A stretch of 63,596 bases of DNA, filler included, from Intoshia linei (lineage: Eukaryota; Animalia; Orthonectida), in NCBI GenBank assembly GCA_001642005.1. It is 10 parts of 10 records of this genome, joined end to end, with 100 filler letters (N's around TTAATTAATTAA, not from the genome) between each part and the next. Parts side by side here need not be neighbours in the genome. Positions count along the whole stretch, not along the records: positions 33,979 to 46,124 come from LWCA01001108.1; positions 46,225 to 56,628 come from LWCA01001302.1; 8 more parts are not named here. The stretch is one strand, 5' to 3'. Under the pieces are notes generated by a model. It had not been told where the DNA came from and ran no database searches. It saw only the letters and a program-made list of their open reading frames with translations. Positions within the stretch are counted from its first letter, which is position 1, and the number at the start of each line of letters is the position of its first letter. The translations under genes were made by a program, and so were the position numbers. Below, in pieces: positions 37,526 to 51,699 of the stretch.

Positions 37526-39778
37526 AAATTAAATTAATAAATAGATTTGAATCGATAACCAAATCAATATTAACGGTTGCGCATTAAACTTTTTTGAATT
37601 TATTATAACAAATTAGGAAAAAATGGCTGTAATTATTTGATATTTTTTTATTGGTTAATTAAAAAAACGTAATTGTAATTGATGGCACACGACTACATGT
37701 AGAAACTATTGACTCCAACCAAATTAATGTTTCTTGCTATAGGGTTTAACTAAAATTTAGTGAAAGTCTAAATTGATATTTCACGGTATTTTTCAATTCG
37801 TAAGTATTAATGCGTGACGATAAAATTGTTTTTGAACCTGGTAAATTTTGTTAGTTCACTACTTGAAAAAATATGATTAATAATCATTAATTATAGACAT
37901 TATAACAACAAGTCTTAAACCTAAATGTACAAAAAATTATTCATACCTGTCATAACAAATTTCACAAACAATACACAATTTATTTTAGTAAATTTTTTTA
38001 ACAAATTATTTTCTGTACCAAATATCTATGGAAATTTGAATGATCGGTAAAATATAGAAAAAATAAAGTCAATGATCATAATATAAACTACATAATGTAA
38101 ACTCTACATATAGTGCAGTGCTTTCCGATTGGAGGCCAAAACTATATTCCAGGGGTCCGTATTACAGATTTGCCAGATGTTGAGAATTTATCCCAAAGCC
38201 TAGACGACCGGTACATTATTATTTTAAAAATCCCACTAGTTCCCATCATTTAAAACCCTTTCTCCAATTTTTATTTGAAAAACACGATTTAATCAAATTT
38301 TATAATAAAAACCTTTTTATTCCAACCCCAAAATAAGAACCCAATTTTAGCAACATTTAAGGGAGATATCCTCTTTTTTCAATATTTTTTTTAACAAAAT
38401 CCGAAATTTTACCAAATCTTGAGAAAATACCTTAAAAAAACATTTTTTTATAAATTTTTTATATTTCATGTTTCCTTTGTGGCTTGAGAAAAATTTGAGT
38501 TTTAACCTTTGTGGGCCCATTATTAAAATTTTATTTCAAATTAAAACTAGCATTTTTATCCTTGAAAATACAAATTTCTAATATTGAAATAAATAAATAT
38601 TGATAACAGTAATTTGTTGAAGTGTACTGGCCGTTTTCGAAAAAATTTTCATTGTTATATAAATAAATTACAGCGTGAACCCAGAGGCGAACCTAACAAG
38701 ATCGAGGCCATCAAAAATAAAAAATAGACCCTTAATAATTATGAGACCCGAAGATGGTTTCCGTACTGCATGAATCCTTTACATAACAAAATAACCATCG
38801 ATAACTTTAATTTGATTTAGATTTAGATTGTTTCCAAATAATTAATCATGTACAATGTACATTTGTTGTATTGATTTTTTAATTTATTATTTGCATAATA
38901 TTGGAATTTTATTTTATTGAATTATTAAGTAGAATATAAATGGGATTTCTACCACACGTAGACAAAATTTATTGAATGTTTCATATATATTATAAGACTA
39001 TGTGTGCTTTGTTTTATACATGTATTGAATAAGATGATACTATAGTTTTATATTAATTTGATCTTGATTATCATACTTACACATTGGGAATAAACATTGA
39101 AACGACTTTATTAGTAGGTGATTTTAAATTATATATAGACATAATGATAACGCATCCCTGGTACGATTAATTAATTTAATATCATTGTATTAGTGGTAGA
39201 TAATTAATGAATTTCTTATGATTATAGAAGTTAATAATGCTTCAATAGATATAATGTGATGAGGAATCATTTTATTTTGGTTATAAAAACTAAATTAATT
39301 TTTTAAAGTTTACGTAAAATTTTAGTTACACTGTTTAGATTGATCTATTCATATTAGGTATGCAAACATGATACTAATTGTATTATATCAATTGGTTTTG
39401 TCCTGTTTAGAAATTAGATATGTATATTTTTGTATGGTTTTTAGCTACTTATTTTGCATTTGATATAAAACAACCTTAATTTTATTATGTTTATCGTTAG
39501 AGTTTAATCCAATTCAATTATTTTCAATTATAATTTATAATGTGCATGAAATAATGACTTTAAACATTTTTAACTAAGAGATTGGACCAAAATCAAATTT
39601 GTGTATATGGTTTGGTAAAAATGTCAAGTAATCATAAATGATTCATCATATATCTAATATATATATATATTCATATATTAATAGTTTTTACATTGCAATA
39701 TGTATCATTAAATAATGTCAATTCTAAATGACCTAATTTACATACACATTTATACCATCAGTGTAACTTTATGAACCA

Positions 39779-40970
39779 CTAGCTTGACTGTTATATACTC
39801 CGTACAAACAGCATCCTAGTTCTGCCGAAGGCGGATATTTTTATTTTATCAGAAAAATAAATTCAAAAGAATATTTAACCTAAAAATTCTATTATTCACT
39901 AATATAAATTATTTAAAGGAGTGGTTCAAATCCGTCATATCACATTACCTTTTAATTTAAAACGAAATTATTCTACGTTAAATTTATTTTAACATTTATG
40001 TAAAGAATTTTAAAAAAATTGGTATCCATTTTTTCAATTTATTAGACAGAATTGTGTATAATATTACAAATAAAAAAAACGGTTAATCCTAAAAATGGTC
40101 AATGAGAATTTTCGTATCAAAAATTGCGTAGAAATAAAAAACCAGAAAGAATCAAATATATAGATTTCCACCCATATTTATTTATTGGAAAGGTGTAGCC
40201 GTTCAATGTACATTTTTTTTGAAATTGTAGGATCAATATTTACATTTTCAATTTTGATTTTAATCGAAATATTTGAAAAATATTGGTTGATAATATATTA
40301 AAAATTATTTTTCACCCGGGAATGCGTAGATTTCTCGGGTTGAACTTTTGTATTTATATCAACTGGAATAATTCTATCAGAATTATTTTTTTTTTAAATT
40401 TTCTAACCGTTTATTATTTCATATTTTTTGTTTTAATAAAATATTTCGGAAAAAAAATATATGAATACTAAAATGCTTTTTTGACCGTGAAGCCGTCACT
40501 TATTCAGATTGAAATTTTTTGTGTGTGTTAACAGGATACAACTGTACTACCTGTAAATTTTTTGAAATTCTAGGGCTGTTTTCATAAAAAAAGAAGGGTA
40601 ATACTGTAAATTTTTTGAAATTCTAGGGCTGTTTTCATTAAAAAAATAAACGTAATTTGGGGTTTTGGCCCTGAAGATATAATTTTTTTAAATTTAAATT
40701 TATGATAATGTTTATGATTTATATAAATATTTTTTAATTCTTCAATTCGTTTGATTTTCAAAAAAAGGGACAACAGGGGTTTTTGACCCTTAATATGTGA
40801 AATTGGAATGTTGACATTTATCTTAATATACGTCCCGGAACAAACTGTAAATGAAATGTGAACTTCATAAAATTCTAAGACTTGTGGTTATTGAAATAAA
40901 CGGTAACACACACACATATAAACAAATATTGCATTGCATTTTATATATAAGTAAGAATGTAAGTAAAGGA
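39779..40970 (-). mobile_element. Non-autonomous Helitron, near full length
   Basis: CTAG end at 39779, shared body, (CA)n tract and TCCTT 5' end at ~40957-40970. Confidence 0.8.
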
Positions 40971-42795
40971 TGATATCAGTTGATTATTACGTTAATTACA
41001 ATGTAATTTGTTTAATGTTCGTACATTATTTGCGTTACAATGCTGTTTATTCAAATTATAACTATTAAAAATATTTCATCATTTCATACACATTCAAACT
41101 TGTTCAACGTTTAACATTTCCTGTTCTACGAGAACATTTATTAACGGCTTGATTAGAACTCGTTATATCAAAATTTATATACTGATTTTTTTATACTAAA
41201 GCATAATATAACAGTAAAATCTTCCAATTAGACCCATGGACCTGCGCCGAACCCACCGTACCGAAATCACTCTTCGGATCATTAATAATATTTTTGTCAA
41301 ATGGGGCCAAATTTTTACAAATTTAGAATTGAAAAAAATTTCTATATTATAATATAATGTTTTGTCATCATACTAAGTTAATAAACCCTGGTGTCATAGA
41401 ACTGTGGTGTATAGGTGGGCCCTGCCCATTTTTTTCATGTTACCATGCTAAATTTGAGTTTTTGAAAATGGACTGAAATTCAGCATCACGGAATTACTGC
41501 ATACCATTTATTATATTTTAAACAGTTACATGTATTCGTTATTAATGAATTTTTATTAACAATATACAATCAAAACAATGATTATTATTTTTGATTTTGA
41601 GACATAATACGCCCCTTTCATTATTTATTAAAGTGGCTTATAAAAATAGTTTTTTAATTTTTTTTTAATATTGGTTTTGTCAAAATGTCTTTCCATTCTA
41701 AATAAAAATATCCGGAAGGTAGAAAAAATGTCTGAAATGGTTGAACATTGTTTTATAAACAACCTTGAATATTATAGCTATTTTATCATGTTAACTTTAA
41801 AAATGAATATATTTTAATTTAATAATTAACAGTCACTGCTTTAAACTGGGCATCTCAATCTTTTTTTAGAATCGCCCAGTTAAAGGATCGACCCATAGAA
41901 CCAATAATTCTCTTTAAAAATGGTAATAATTTTGTAATACAAAATTATTGTGTTATTTTAGACATTGGTAGAGTATAAAATAATTTATAATAATAATTTA
42001 ATACATATATACAATGTATATATGTTTTTATTTGTTGTTTTGTGTTTTTTTAAATTTTTAACTTTAACGTTTTTAAATATACTCCTAAATATCGAATAAT
42101 TAATAAATTAATTATCACAAAATTGTAGTAATGTTAAGATTTTGACAAATTTATAATTTATAAACTTTTTTTAGAGATTATTTGTTATTAATAAAAAAAA
42201 TTTTTTAATGATGTATTATGTGAAATAAAATAGAAAAATCGTGCCAATCGTCCACTGTTGAGAATCTCTGGTCTAAATAACCGGAAAAGGTGATCATTAC
42301 AAAAAAAATTTGAAAACCAGTGACTCACCACCAAAAATTTAAAAAATACTGTCACAGGGTAGATATACAATTATTTTGAAAGATATTATTTTATTACAAC
42401 AAATTAATAATAATTAAAACAAACAAAAAATATAAATATAACAAATTTGGCACAATAATCGGTATACATTTTTATTCAAATTTTATTAAATTAACACAAT
42501 TGATGTATTTAATATATATTGTATATTTCAAAGTGAACTAACCTGTTTAATTTGTGAATAATATCGATTGGTATGTATAATAAATTTTCTTCATAAGAAA
42601 ATTAATTGAATGTGTATTCTTTTTTTAATTTTGTTTATTGATTTAGTCGCTTGATTCTAATGGATTTGCCAATTGATAACGACGACAAAATGCGAAAAAT
42701 GAATAAATTTGAAAATATGCACAGCTGTAAGAATTACATTACAATATTTGTCCTTAATTTTAAATTTAGAATATCTTATTCATTTAAATATTTAA

Positions 42796-43461
42796 ATGGT
42801 ATTAAATTGTTTTGAATGCATAAGAAACCGAGAAAAAAAAAATGATGGTTTGACGAATCCCTTTAGATCCATCTTTTCAAGTATTAGTAATAGATTAAAA
42901 ATTTTCAACAACTGTGAAAAAATTAAATTGACTGTTAAATTGGAAATGGAGAACGAACCGCTCAATTGTTCGATAGATTCTATTGCAGACAATGTAAATG
43001 TAAACTACCGAAACGTATTCAATACTTGTATACATGAAATAAATGAAAAATCATTAAATACGTCAATTTTTCAACATAAAACTATTGAAAGGGGTAAGAG
43101 TCGAGATTTGTGTAATGAATCTGTACATAATAGGCTACATAAAAATACAATAAAATTACTAGAGGTGATTAATTTAAATGGTTTGAAAGAAGTGGAAAGT
43201 GAGAAAAGTATATCAAATAAAAATTTCATGTTTTTTAAAAAGTCTAAACCTAAAAGATTCTCGTATCCAAAAGTTTTAATAAATAATATTCCTTGTTTTT
43301 ATAGTGAAATTCAATCCTATCATAATAGAAGCAAATTCAACAATCCACCTAAAATGACGGTTTACCCGACAAGACGACATAGTTTGCCAATTAATATTAA
43401 AAAAATAGTATGTTTTTTAAATTATTATTATATTTCATTATTTTACGTACAGATAATTTAA
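42796..43461 (+). CDS. Hypothetical protein, no recognised domain
   Basis: 221-codon open frame in very AT-rich DNA; upstream mini-exon 42660-42726 with a GTAAG donor; possible donor near 43408. Confidence 0.5.
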   Translation: MVLNCFECIRNREKKNDGLTNPFRSIFSSISNRLKIFNNCEKIKLTVKLEMENEPLNCSIDSIADNVNVNYRNVFNTCIHEINEKSLNTSIFQHKTIERGKSRDLCNESVHNRLHKNTIKLLEVINLNGLKEVESEKSISNKNFMFFKKSKPKRFSYPKVLINNIPCFYSEIQSYHNRSKFNNPPKMTVYPTRRHSLPINIKKIVCFLNYYYISLFYVQII

Positions 43462-46400
43462 TAATTTATTCGTTTTAATTTTATTAACATGAAGTTTGAA
43501 TGATTTATTTAAAAACAGTGTTAATTAAAAATTAATTAAATTTATGTCAGTTTTAATTTTCCAATATTGCAATTCAATTTTCGTAGAGCTATTCCTTTTT
43601 AATATATATTTGTATAGTTCAAAACCTATATTAAGATATGTCACTAATATTCAACTTTAATCGTTTCATTCTACGATATAATTGTTTTAATTATCATACA
43701 TAATTACAAAGGTAATTTGTGGTTTTTCCAGTAAAGATATAACATTTTGAAATTAAAAATAATCAAATGTTGATGATTTTAAAATCTTGATCAGATTGTA
43801 TATTTTTTATAATTCTAGGACGTATTTGAATTTAAAAAAAAGACATTGGGGTTTTTGACCTTGTAGGACTCAATTTCTGAAAATGAAATTTACGATAAAA
43901 CATCATTTTCGAAAAACTCAAATTGAAATATGGTATTTTTAAACTCGACTCGTCTGACTTTCTTAGATAAACAGGAACAAACATAAAAACAGACATACAT
44001 TTTTAACTAAATTACTTCATACAGTCAACTTCTCAATATCGCAACTATGGTTCTTATTATTTTACTATATGACTGCTTATTAATACATAGTAACCGTACC
44101 AGGATCTATTCGCTACAACGTTATACACCAGAAAGTCCCATACTTTTTTGATAAAATTGACTTTAATAATTTTCAATTTTTAAAATGTGACTGAAATGCC
44201 AATATAAGCCATTTTTTGTTATACTTAATTAGAATAAAAAGTATCCGGTATCACATCTTAATGGTAAAAAATATGTAATATACAGAATGAATCGGCAATC
44301 TTTTATTTATATAAAAATGAATGTCTGTGTGTATTTGTGTGTGTAACCATTTATTGAAAAAATTGACAGTCGCAGGATTTAAAAAACCCAATTCCCCCTT
44401 TTGTTTAAAAAAAATAAACCAAAAATCAACCCAAAAATGTAATAAAACATAGTCTGGAACGTGTTTTAAGGTATTAATATTTTCGTTAATCTCAGCCTCA
44501 GAAACGCATACCTTCATGGTCAAAACCACAAATTACTCTTTAGATTTAAATTTACTTTTAATTAAATCAAAAAATTTTGCATTACATTCTGTATAAGATA
44601 TATGTAGTATTATTTATTTAATTAACTAGAGTAAATTAGTTTGTTGCTTTTTTATTTTTTTTATTCGTAAATAATTATAATTATTTACATATTATTATGT
44701 ATTATTTAATGTTAATATTTCAATTCATTTTAAAAGTAAACTTCAAATTACCCTTAAAACCCTGCCAAATTTTGGTTCCAAAATTATATTTAATGTCTTT
44801 ATCAATTGGGTAAAAATTTTTGTACAATACCAGGTTGATTGTCATGTACTTGGTACAAACAGCAGTGAGCTCTGGCGAGGGCCGACTTTTAATTTTGAGG
44901 TTGTGATTTATGACAATGCTTGCGATTTTGAAAACTATTCATAATTTATCCTTGCTTATATAAAGTAATTGAATTTAAATCTGTGTCTGTGTGTCTGTAT
45001 GGTTGTGTGTTTGTCTGTCTCTCTGTATGTCTGTTTGTTCCCGTTTATTTAGGAAAGTAAGAAGAGTCGAGTATTAAATTCCATATTACAACTTTTTGAG
45101 AGTAATGTTTTACTTCACATTTCATTTTCATAAATTGAATCCTTAAGGCAGTGTTTCTTAACCTTTTTTAACCTATGCACCCCAAATATTGATCTTAATG
45201 ACTGTGCACCCCTGATTAAAAATCAATTAATACAATATTAATTATAAATAAAGTGTTAACTAGTTTGTTTAATTAAACAAATACAATTTAAGAATTAAAG
45301 CTAATTTGGTCATAATAATGGTCGTGGAGAGGCAGCAGTAGTCTCGCTCTTGATGGAAAGTATAGGCCCCTATCAAAATTTTTTTTAAAAATGGACCTCT
45401 ATACATTAATTAATCGAACGTTCATTATCTAAAAATTAAAAATAACCATTGGAAATCGCATTGATTATCGAAATTATGATATACTCAAGATATTTTTCAT
45501 CAATACCTATTAATAAATTAAAAAAGTAGGCACTCATGATTATAGATACGGGACATATGACCCTCTCCACGACCCTGTCTGTATTTACCTCAAACCTTTA
45601 TAAAAATTAAAACGTGTCAACTATCATATCCACTAAAAGCTTTGTAAGTACTACTGCAATATCCAGTAGATATATTATCTATTTTCCATTGAAAAATATC
45701 GGAAAATGTAGTAGCCCTGGTCATACCACCAAATTCATTAATCAAAAGTAGACTATTCAAATATAATGTAAAAGACTCCGAAAATAGACGAATTAAGTAG
45801 TAGCGGAAAACTTCTACATAATTACACAATTCACAAATTTATTTACATAAATTTTAATGGGATCGTTATTGTTGCTTTGAAATAAAAATAAGCTAAATTA
45901 TCCCATTGTTCTTGGTTTCTGGCATACCGGCACGGACATCTAATTTATTGATTTTTTTTTTTAATTTTTTTGAAAAAAAAATCCAGCCTCACAAAACTAT
46001 GTTGTAACAAAAGTAATAATTACTTCAAGAGCAATTTCAGTTACAAATAGATAGATATTAAGCATACTAAACCAAAAACCACCAAATATCACATTTAAAG
46101 CTATCATAGTCATATATAATATATNNNNNNNNNNNNNNNNNNNNNNNNNNNNNNNNNNNNNNNNNNNNTTAATTAATTAANNNNNNNNNNNNNNNNNNNN
46201 NNNNNNNNNNNNNNNNNNNNNNNNGATCATAATTTAAAAATCTTCGGAATCTAGTTTATTCGTTGAATTTTCTTTCGTTCTTGTAATGATAATCATTTTG
46301 GTTGGGCCCTTTTGAACAATAACATTAGCTGTACAGGTTATTTGATCCAACGCTCTGCATGCAGTGATAAAAAATTTAAATTAGAATTTTTTACTTTTGT

Positions 46401-46974
46401 ATATATGAATTTGTATGTTTGTATGTGTGAATAGTTTCGATTTCAGGGCTACAAATATTATGACATATGTCCAGCTAGGAGTTTCATGCTAACCTACATG
46501 TAGCTACAGCTCTAGAATCTAGGCTCTAGATATAAATGTACAAACCAAGCCGATTTTGGGCGTTGTAACTATGTATAATCTGATTATTTAAATAAGCAGA
46601 TTTTTGAAATGATCATGAGCACTCGTGAGCAAAAACACCACCCATGTGGATATCACAATTACATAGTCATATTCAAAATTAACACTAAAAATATTTTGCA
46701 TGTTTTTCAATTTATTAGTAAATGTAATTATAATTTTTGATTTTAATTTTATGGTCATTATAGTTATGCATATGGTTAAGATAATAAAAAATAAATTCAG
46801 TTTTTGCTTTATTTTTAAATTAATTGAAATAAAAACAAAATACAATTATATTCAATTTTGACAAATGAACAATTCAAAAGTACGTCACAACACCATCATA
46901 AATTGATAGATTTCATCTGATTTTTTTCAAAACAAAATTAAATCATCAAGAACAAATTTTAATATTAAAATTAC

Positions 46975-47365
46975 ACGAAGAAGAAAAATCATTGCGTGAA
47001 ATTGGCAAACAAGTGGGTCGGCCCTATACAACCATTTCTAAAACCCTGAAACGGCTCCGGGAAAATAAAATTAATGAAATAAGTGGGAGAACTGGTCGAA
47101 GAAGGTTATCTGATATCCGCGATGACAGAAATTTTATTAGATTACACCAAATAACCTCAAATGAGTTTATCCCAAAAAAAACAATGGACCGTAGATGAAA
47201 GCAACGGCACAGCATTCGTAGGAGGCTGATAGAAAACGGAATAAAATGTTATGCAGTTAGCAAAAGACCCAGGAAATCTGTCAAAAAAATTTCTAACCGT
47301 TTAAGCTTTTGTAACTCCGATCACTGTAGTTAGTCAATCGATGCATGGCAAAAAGTCATATTTTT
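46975..47365 (+). pseudogene. Tc1-like transposase N-terminal remnant
   Basis: LREIGKQVGRPYTTISKTLKR..GRTGRRRLSDIRDDRNFIR (HTH plus GRPR-like linker), then SIRRRLIENG and WQKVIF after frameshifts. Confidence 0.8.
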
Positions 47366-47704
47366 TTTCTATGTATATGCTATCATATATAATATGACTT
47401 TTTGTATATATATAATATTTTTAGTGTTGACTTAATTTTAAATATGATTGTATATATAAATAAACTAAAACAAACATACATATAAACAAAAATAGTTGAT
47501 GGCCCGAAGAGCGGCCTCGTATTCAGGTTTGTGGGAATCAGCAGTAGGCCCGGTCCGATGGAAATTTTATGTCCCATGTAATTTTTTTAAAAATAAGATG
47601 TTTATAAATTATTTCATAGTGCATATCCATATCATATCCACCATTAATGTGCAGAAATAGTCCCTATGGATGATATTACAAATTGCCAACCAAAAATGCC
47701 TTTT

Positions 47705-48035
47705 TTATCCCGATAATAGGAAATTTCTGCAATTATATCTTACATCATTAAAGTATAATTTTTCAACAGTATTCCAAAATCCCTCCATAGCTTTAACATC
47801 AGTGTGCTGACTTGTGAAAAATAAAGGATCAAGTATATATGCCGTACCATGTAAATCGGAATAAATCATATCCCAACGATAATTATAATGATTCTTTATT
47901 TCATTAATAAATAAAACATCCAATTGATCAATATTTTGTTTAATGTTTATCACTTTGTGGTATAATATAGATAAGGATGGTTCATTTGAATCGACCACTT
48001 TTATTAAATCATAAATAGGTTTCACAAGACAGACA
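47705..48035 (-). pseudogene. hAT transposase remnant
   Basis: KPIYDLIKVVDSNEPSLSILY..RWDMIYSDLHGTAYILDP matches the hAT P...L..VD..P....Y / RW....LH.AAY.LDP segment. Confidence 0.75.
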
Positions 48036-48270
48036 TATNAATTTTTTTGTATGTGTGAATAGTTTCGATTTCAGGGCTACAAATATTATGACATATGTGA
48101 AGCTAGAGTTTCATGCTAACCTACATGTAGCTACAGCTCTAGAATCTAGGCTCTAAATATAAATGTACAAGCCAAGCTGATTTTGGGCGTTGTAACTATG
48201 TATAATCTGATTATTTAAATGAGCAGATTTTTGAAATGATCATGAGCACTCGTGAGCAAAAACACCACCC

Positions 48271-49315
48271 ATGTGGACATCACGGGTTTATATTAAGGAT
48301 TTGAACAGAATTAGCGAATTCGAATTCGAATTGAAACCAGAAAACGATTCAGTTTGGAACAATAAATTCATGTTGGTTAAAATTTCTAACGAAAGAAATG
48401 GTATATATTGCGTTAATAATAATACACTTAATATAATAATAAAGATTATAAACATTACTCAATCATTCATGTCAACTTTTTATTTATGCTTGCTGGTAAT
48501 TTTAAAGTTTATAATTGAATATTCGCACTTATTGATACCTTATAATAATGAAATTTGTCATTTATTAAAAACATGCAAATACCTGATTTCTGTTTTATCA
48601 AAAATTAATGTACTACAAAAAAATGAGATTGATATTCTGACATGGATAAGTGAAATGGTATGCCATATAGATGATACATATGATTCGAATTTAATAGAAA
48701 ATTATAGTTTATTAAATTATAAAATTTACAATGAAAATAGAAAATGGCATTATAATAACGTTACCCAAAATGTTAAGCAAACTTTTAATTTCAATTTTAG
48801 TTTAAAAATTAATAATAATTGTACAAAACTAAAAATACCCTATACCACGTCGAGTAAGGAGCTTTATGATGACACTAGTGAAAACTGGAAAGGTTCTTAT
48901 ACAATTACATGGCAATACAGAAGGAAAGAAGCATATGCTTTCAAATGAAAAGTGGGATACTATATTAAAAGATGATTTGTTTGAATTAACTCATTTAAAA
49001 ACATTGAGAAAATATTTAAATGTTCAAAATCCCGATAAATTTTACAAAGCATTGTTAACCTGGAACGATAAGATTACAAAAAATCGAGATGCAGATAATC
49101 ACATTTATATTTTATTTAAAATGTGTTGTTTTGTTCAATTTTATAAATTATCCACCTGTTCATTAAATCGTGTCTACAATGTACCATATCAAAACATTGA
49201 AGGTTTAAACTTGCAAACAGATTTCGGACCTTATTGTGGGAAGCGTATTTATTACGATTTAGTACCGCTTCCGGTAAATTCTAAGGTGGATGATAAAAAA
49301 ATTAAAACATTATGA
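48271..49315 (+). CDS. Orphan reading frames (225 aa and 149 aa, overlapping); possibly one frameshifted or spliced gene
   Basis: About 1 kb is almost continuously open in two frames; no recognised motif. Confidence 0.35.
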
Positions 49316-51699
49316 TCATTCAACCTTTTTTCAATGTTATTATTACGAGTATAGATGTGGGGCACTGAAATCATATGTATTAAATCACAATTTTCAATCT
49401 AAATTTTCATAAACGGGTTTCGTAAATTTTTTGATATAAAAAAGTGGCTCACGAGGTGCAAAAGGTTGCCGACCCCTGATCTAAATTAAATATATTAATT
49501 TAAAAAATATTTGCATGATTAAATTGAAGTTAAAAATACTTGTATTATATTGAAGAACAAAAATAGTATTGCAGAAACAAACGATAAATTATTGTAAAAG
49601 ATAAATGAATAAAAGTCTCTTGAATAATATATAAACTACGCGACAAAAAATATAAACGAGATTGGTCAATGATTGGACATGTAACCTTAATTAATTAGTT
49701 GTTAATTAATGACATCATAATTTTCGATTCTACAGCATTTATGTATTCATCAGCTGTCAAACTGTGGTTGTTTCATACAAAAGTGTTTTTCCTCTCATGA
49801 AAAATTCTCAGAAAAATTTTAAATTGTTAAATGACAATGTATACAGTATTTTAAATATTTTGCCCATTTCATCGTCTTTTCAAGTGAAAGATTAGATTCT
49901 CCCCGTATAATATACGTATCCCTGCTGAAATAACTTTTAAGAGAGATTAGTAAATATTATTTTTTTACAGCTTGGCGCAAAGCTACCATAATCGAAATCT
50001 CTTATCAGGAAGACTTGACTCAATATTTATTAACTGATATTAATATGGTGCATTACTTTTTTAAATTATAATAAAGTAAAAACAATAAATGCTAAAAATT
50101 GTAAATAAAGTTGTATTGTACATTTGATAAGATTGAATTGTCAATTTGTATTGCAAAAAATATCAATTTTGTATCAATAATAATTAACAGTATCGAGTGA
50201 AATTTGTGTTTTTGTAAAATTTATGTCGTGATATAATTACGCAGTGAAAAATAATTTCTCCTCTTAAATTTGTCTATTTACTCTCAGGGATTGGAATGAA
50301 TTGATTGCAACCATTTTAATTGCAATTGGTAAAAATTATTGAAAATAAATCAATTAATTGTTTGTTCAAAAATTATTTTTCAATTAATTGCTTTATGAAA
50401 ATTAATTGAAATAAATTGGTTTTTTGATATATAAAAAAATTTAAATTAATTGAAGATTGATAGCAATATCATAATTATTTTTAAAAAACTGTCATGTGGT
50501 TATAATAAATATACTAAGATGCTGTATATCTGAAGTAAATAACAGTCAAGCTAGTAGGTTAAATAAATTATTTTTTTGGTGACAAACGCGTTTCTATTTT
50601 TCTAAAATTTTATAGGATAATGAAAAGTTGTTAATATTTTATTATACGAGAGGTGATCCAATTCGTCTCGCTCGTCGACTTGAAATAAAAAACGTACTGC
50701 TTACAATATTATGAAACAAAATCAATTTTAAACCATTAAAATTGAGTTTATTCTTTAAATTGTATATTTATAATTTTATAATTTTATAAATTTTATATTG
50801 TATATTACTTCGGTTTAACGTTTGTCTTTTTTGTCTATTCTAATTTTGCTAATTTGATGGTAAAATAGTACTATATAAATAAAATTAATCGAGCGAATAT
50901 CGGAGGTTTTACTGCATTTCCAATTATAAATTATTATTTTATGGCGAATTATTAATGGAATAGGACTGTGTCGTTGCGCATAAAATAATTGTACATCTTT
51001 TATATAACGTGGACTATTTTGAAAAGCACTCGTTTAAAGATTTTGTACTTTTTATGTTCGGTGTGCTTTAAAAATGTTAATTAATTAAAATCTAAATTAA
51101 TTGCATAATTAAATTAAACATATATCATTAATACGATAGTCCTATACTGAAAAAGAGGAGAAATATTTAAACACCATATTCAATTTTTATTAACTGTAAA
51201 TAATTAAATTATTGAGTCTTAGCGCTTTTATTCATCTAATCATTTATTTAAATTTACTAACTATAAATTATCTGATTAATGCAATTTCCTTATTTGGAAA
51301 ATAACTTAACTAGTTAAAATCTATTTCCAATATATCTTTATGTGGAAAATAACCATGCTAATAATTCTATGAAAACTATGAAATTTAATAAAAATATTTG
51401 CTACGATTCGTAACTAGTTAAAAAAGTTACCTCATTATAAATATGAAACGTTTAGGTTAAACTTTAGCTGTAATATAAAAATATTTTATTTTTGCTTAAT
51501 CTAATTTTTATCGATAAGAACCTCTTAAAGATTTAACGAGAACGAACAAATCATCAAAAAATGCAATAATAGTAACATTTATATGAAAAATGAAACATAG
51601 GTATGGTATTATAATATACAAGTTGCACACGGATTTTATTCCTTGAGTGTGAAGGTTTCACGCTAAAATATTAATTATAAATATTTACTATATAATTTA

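Noticed and set aside
45617-46124. Possible transposase fragment
   Set aside because: Too degraded to assign to any family.
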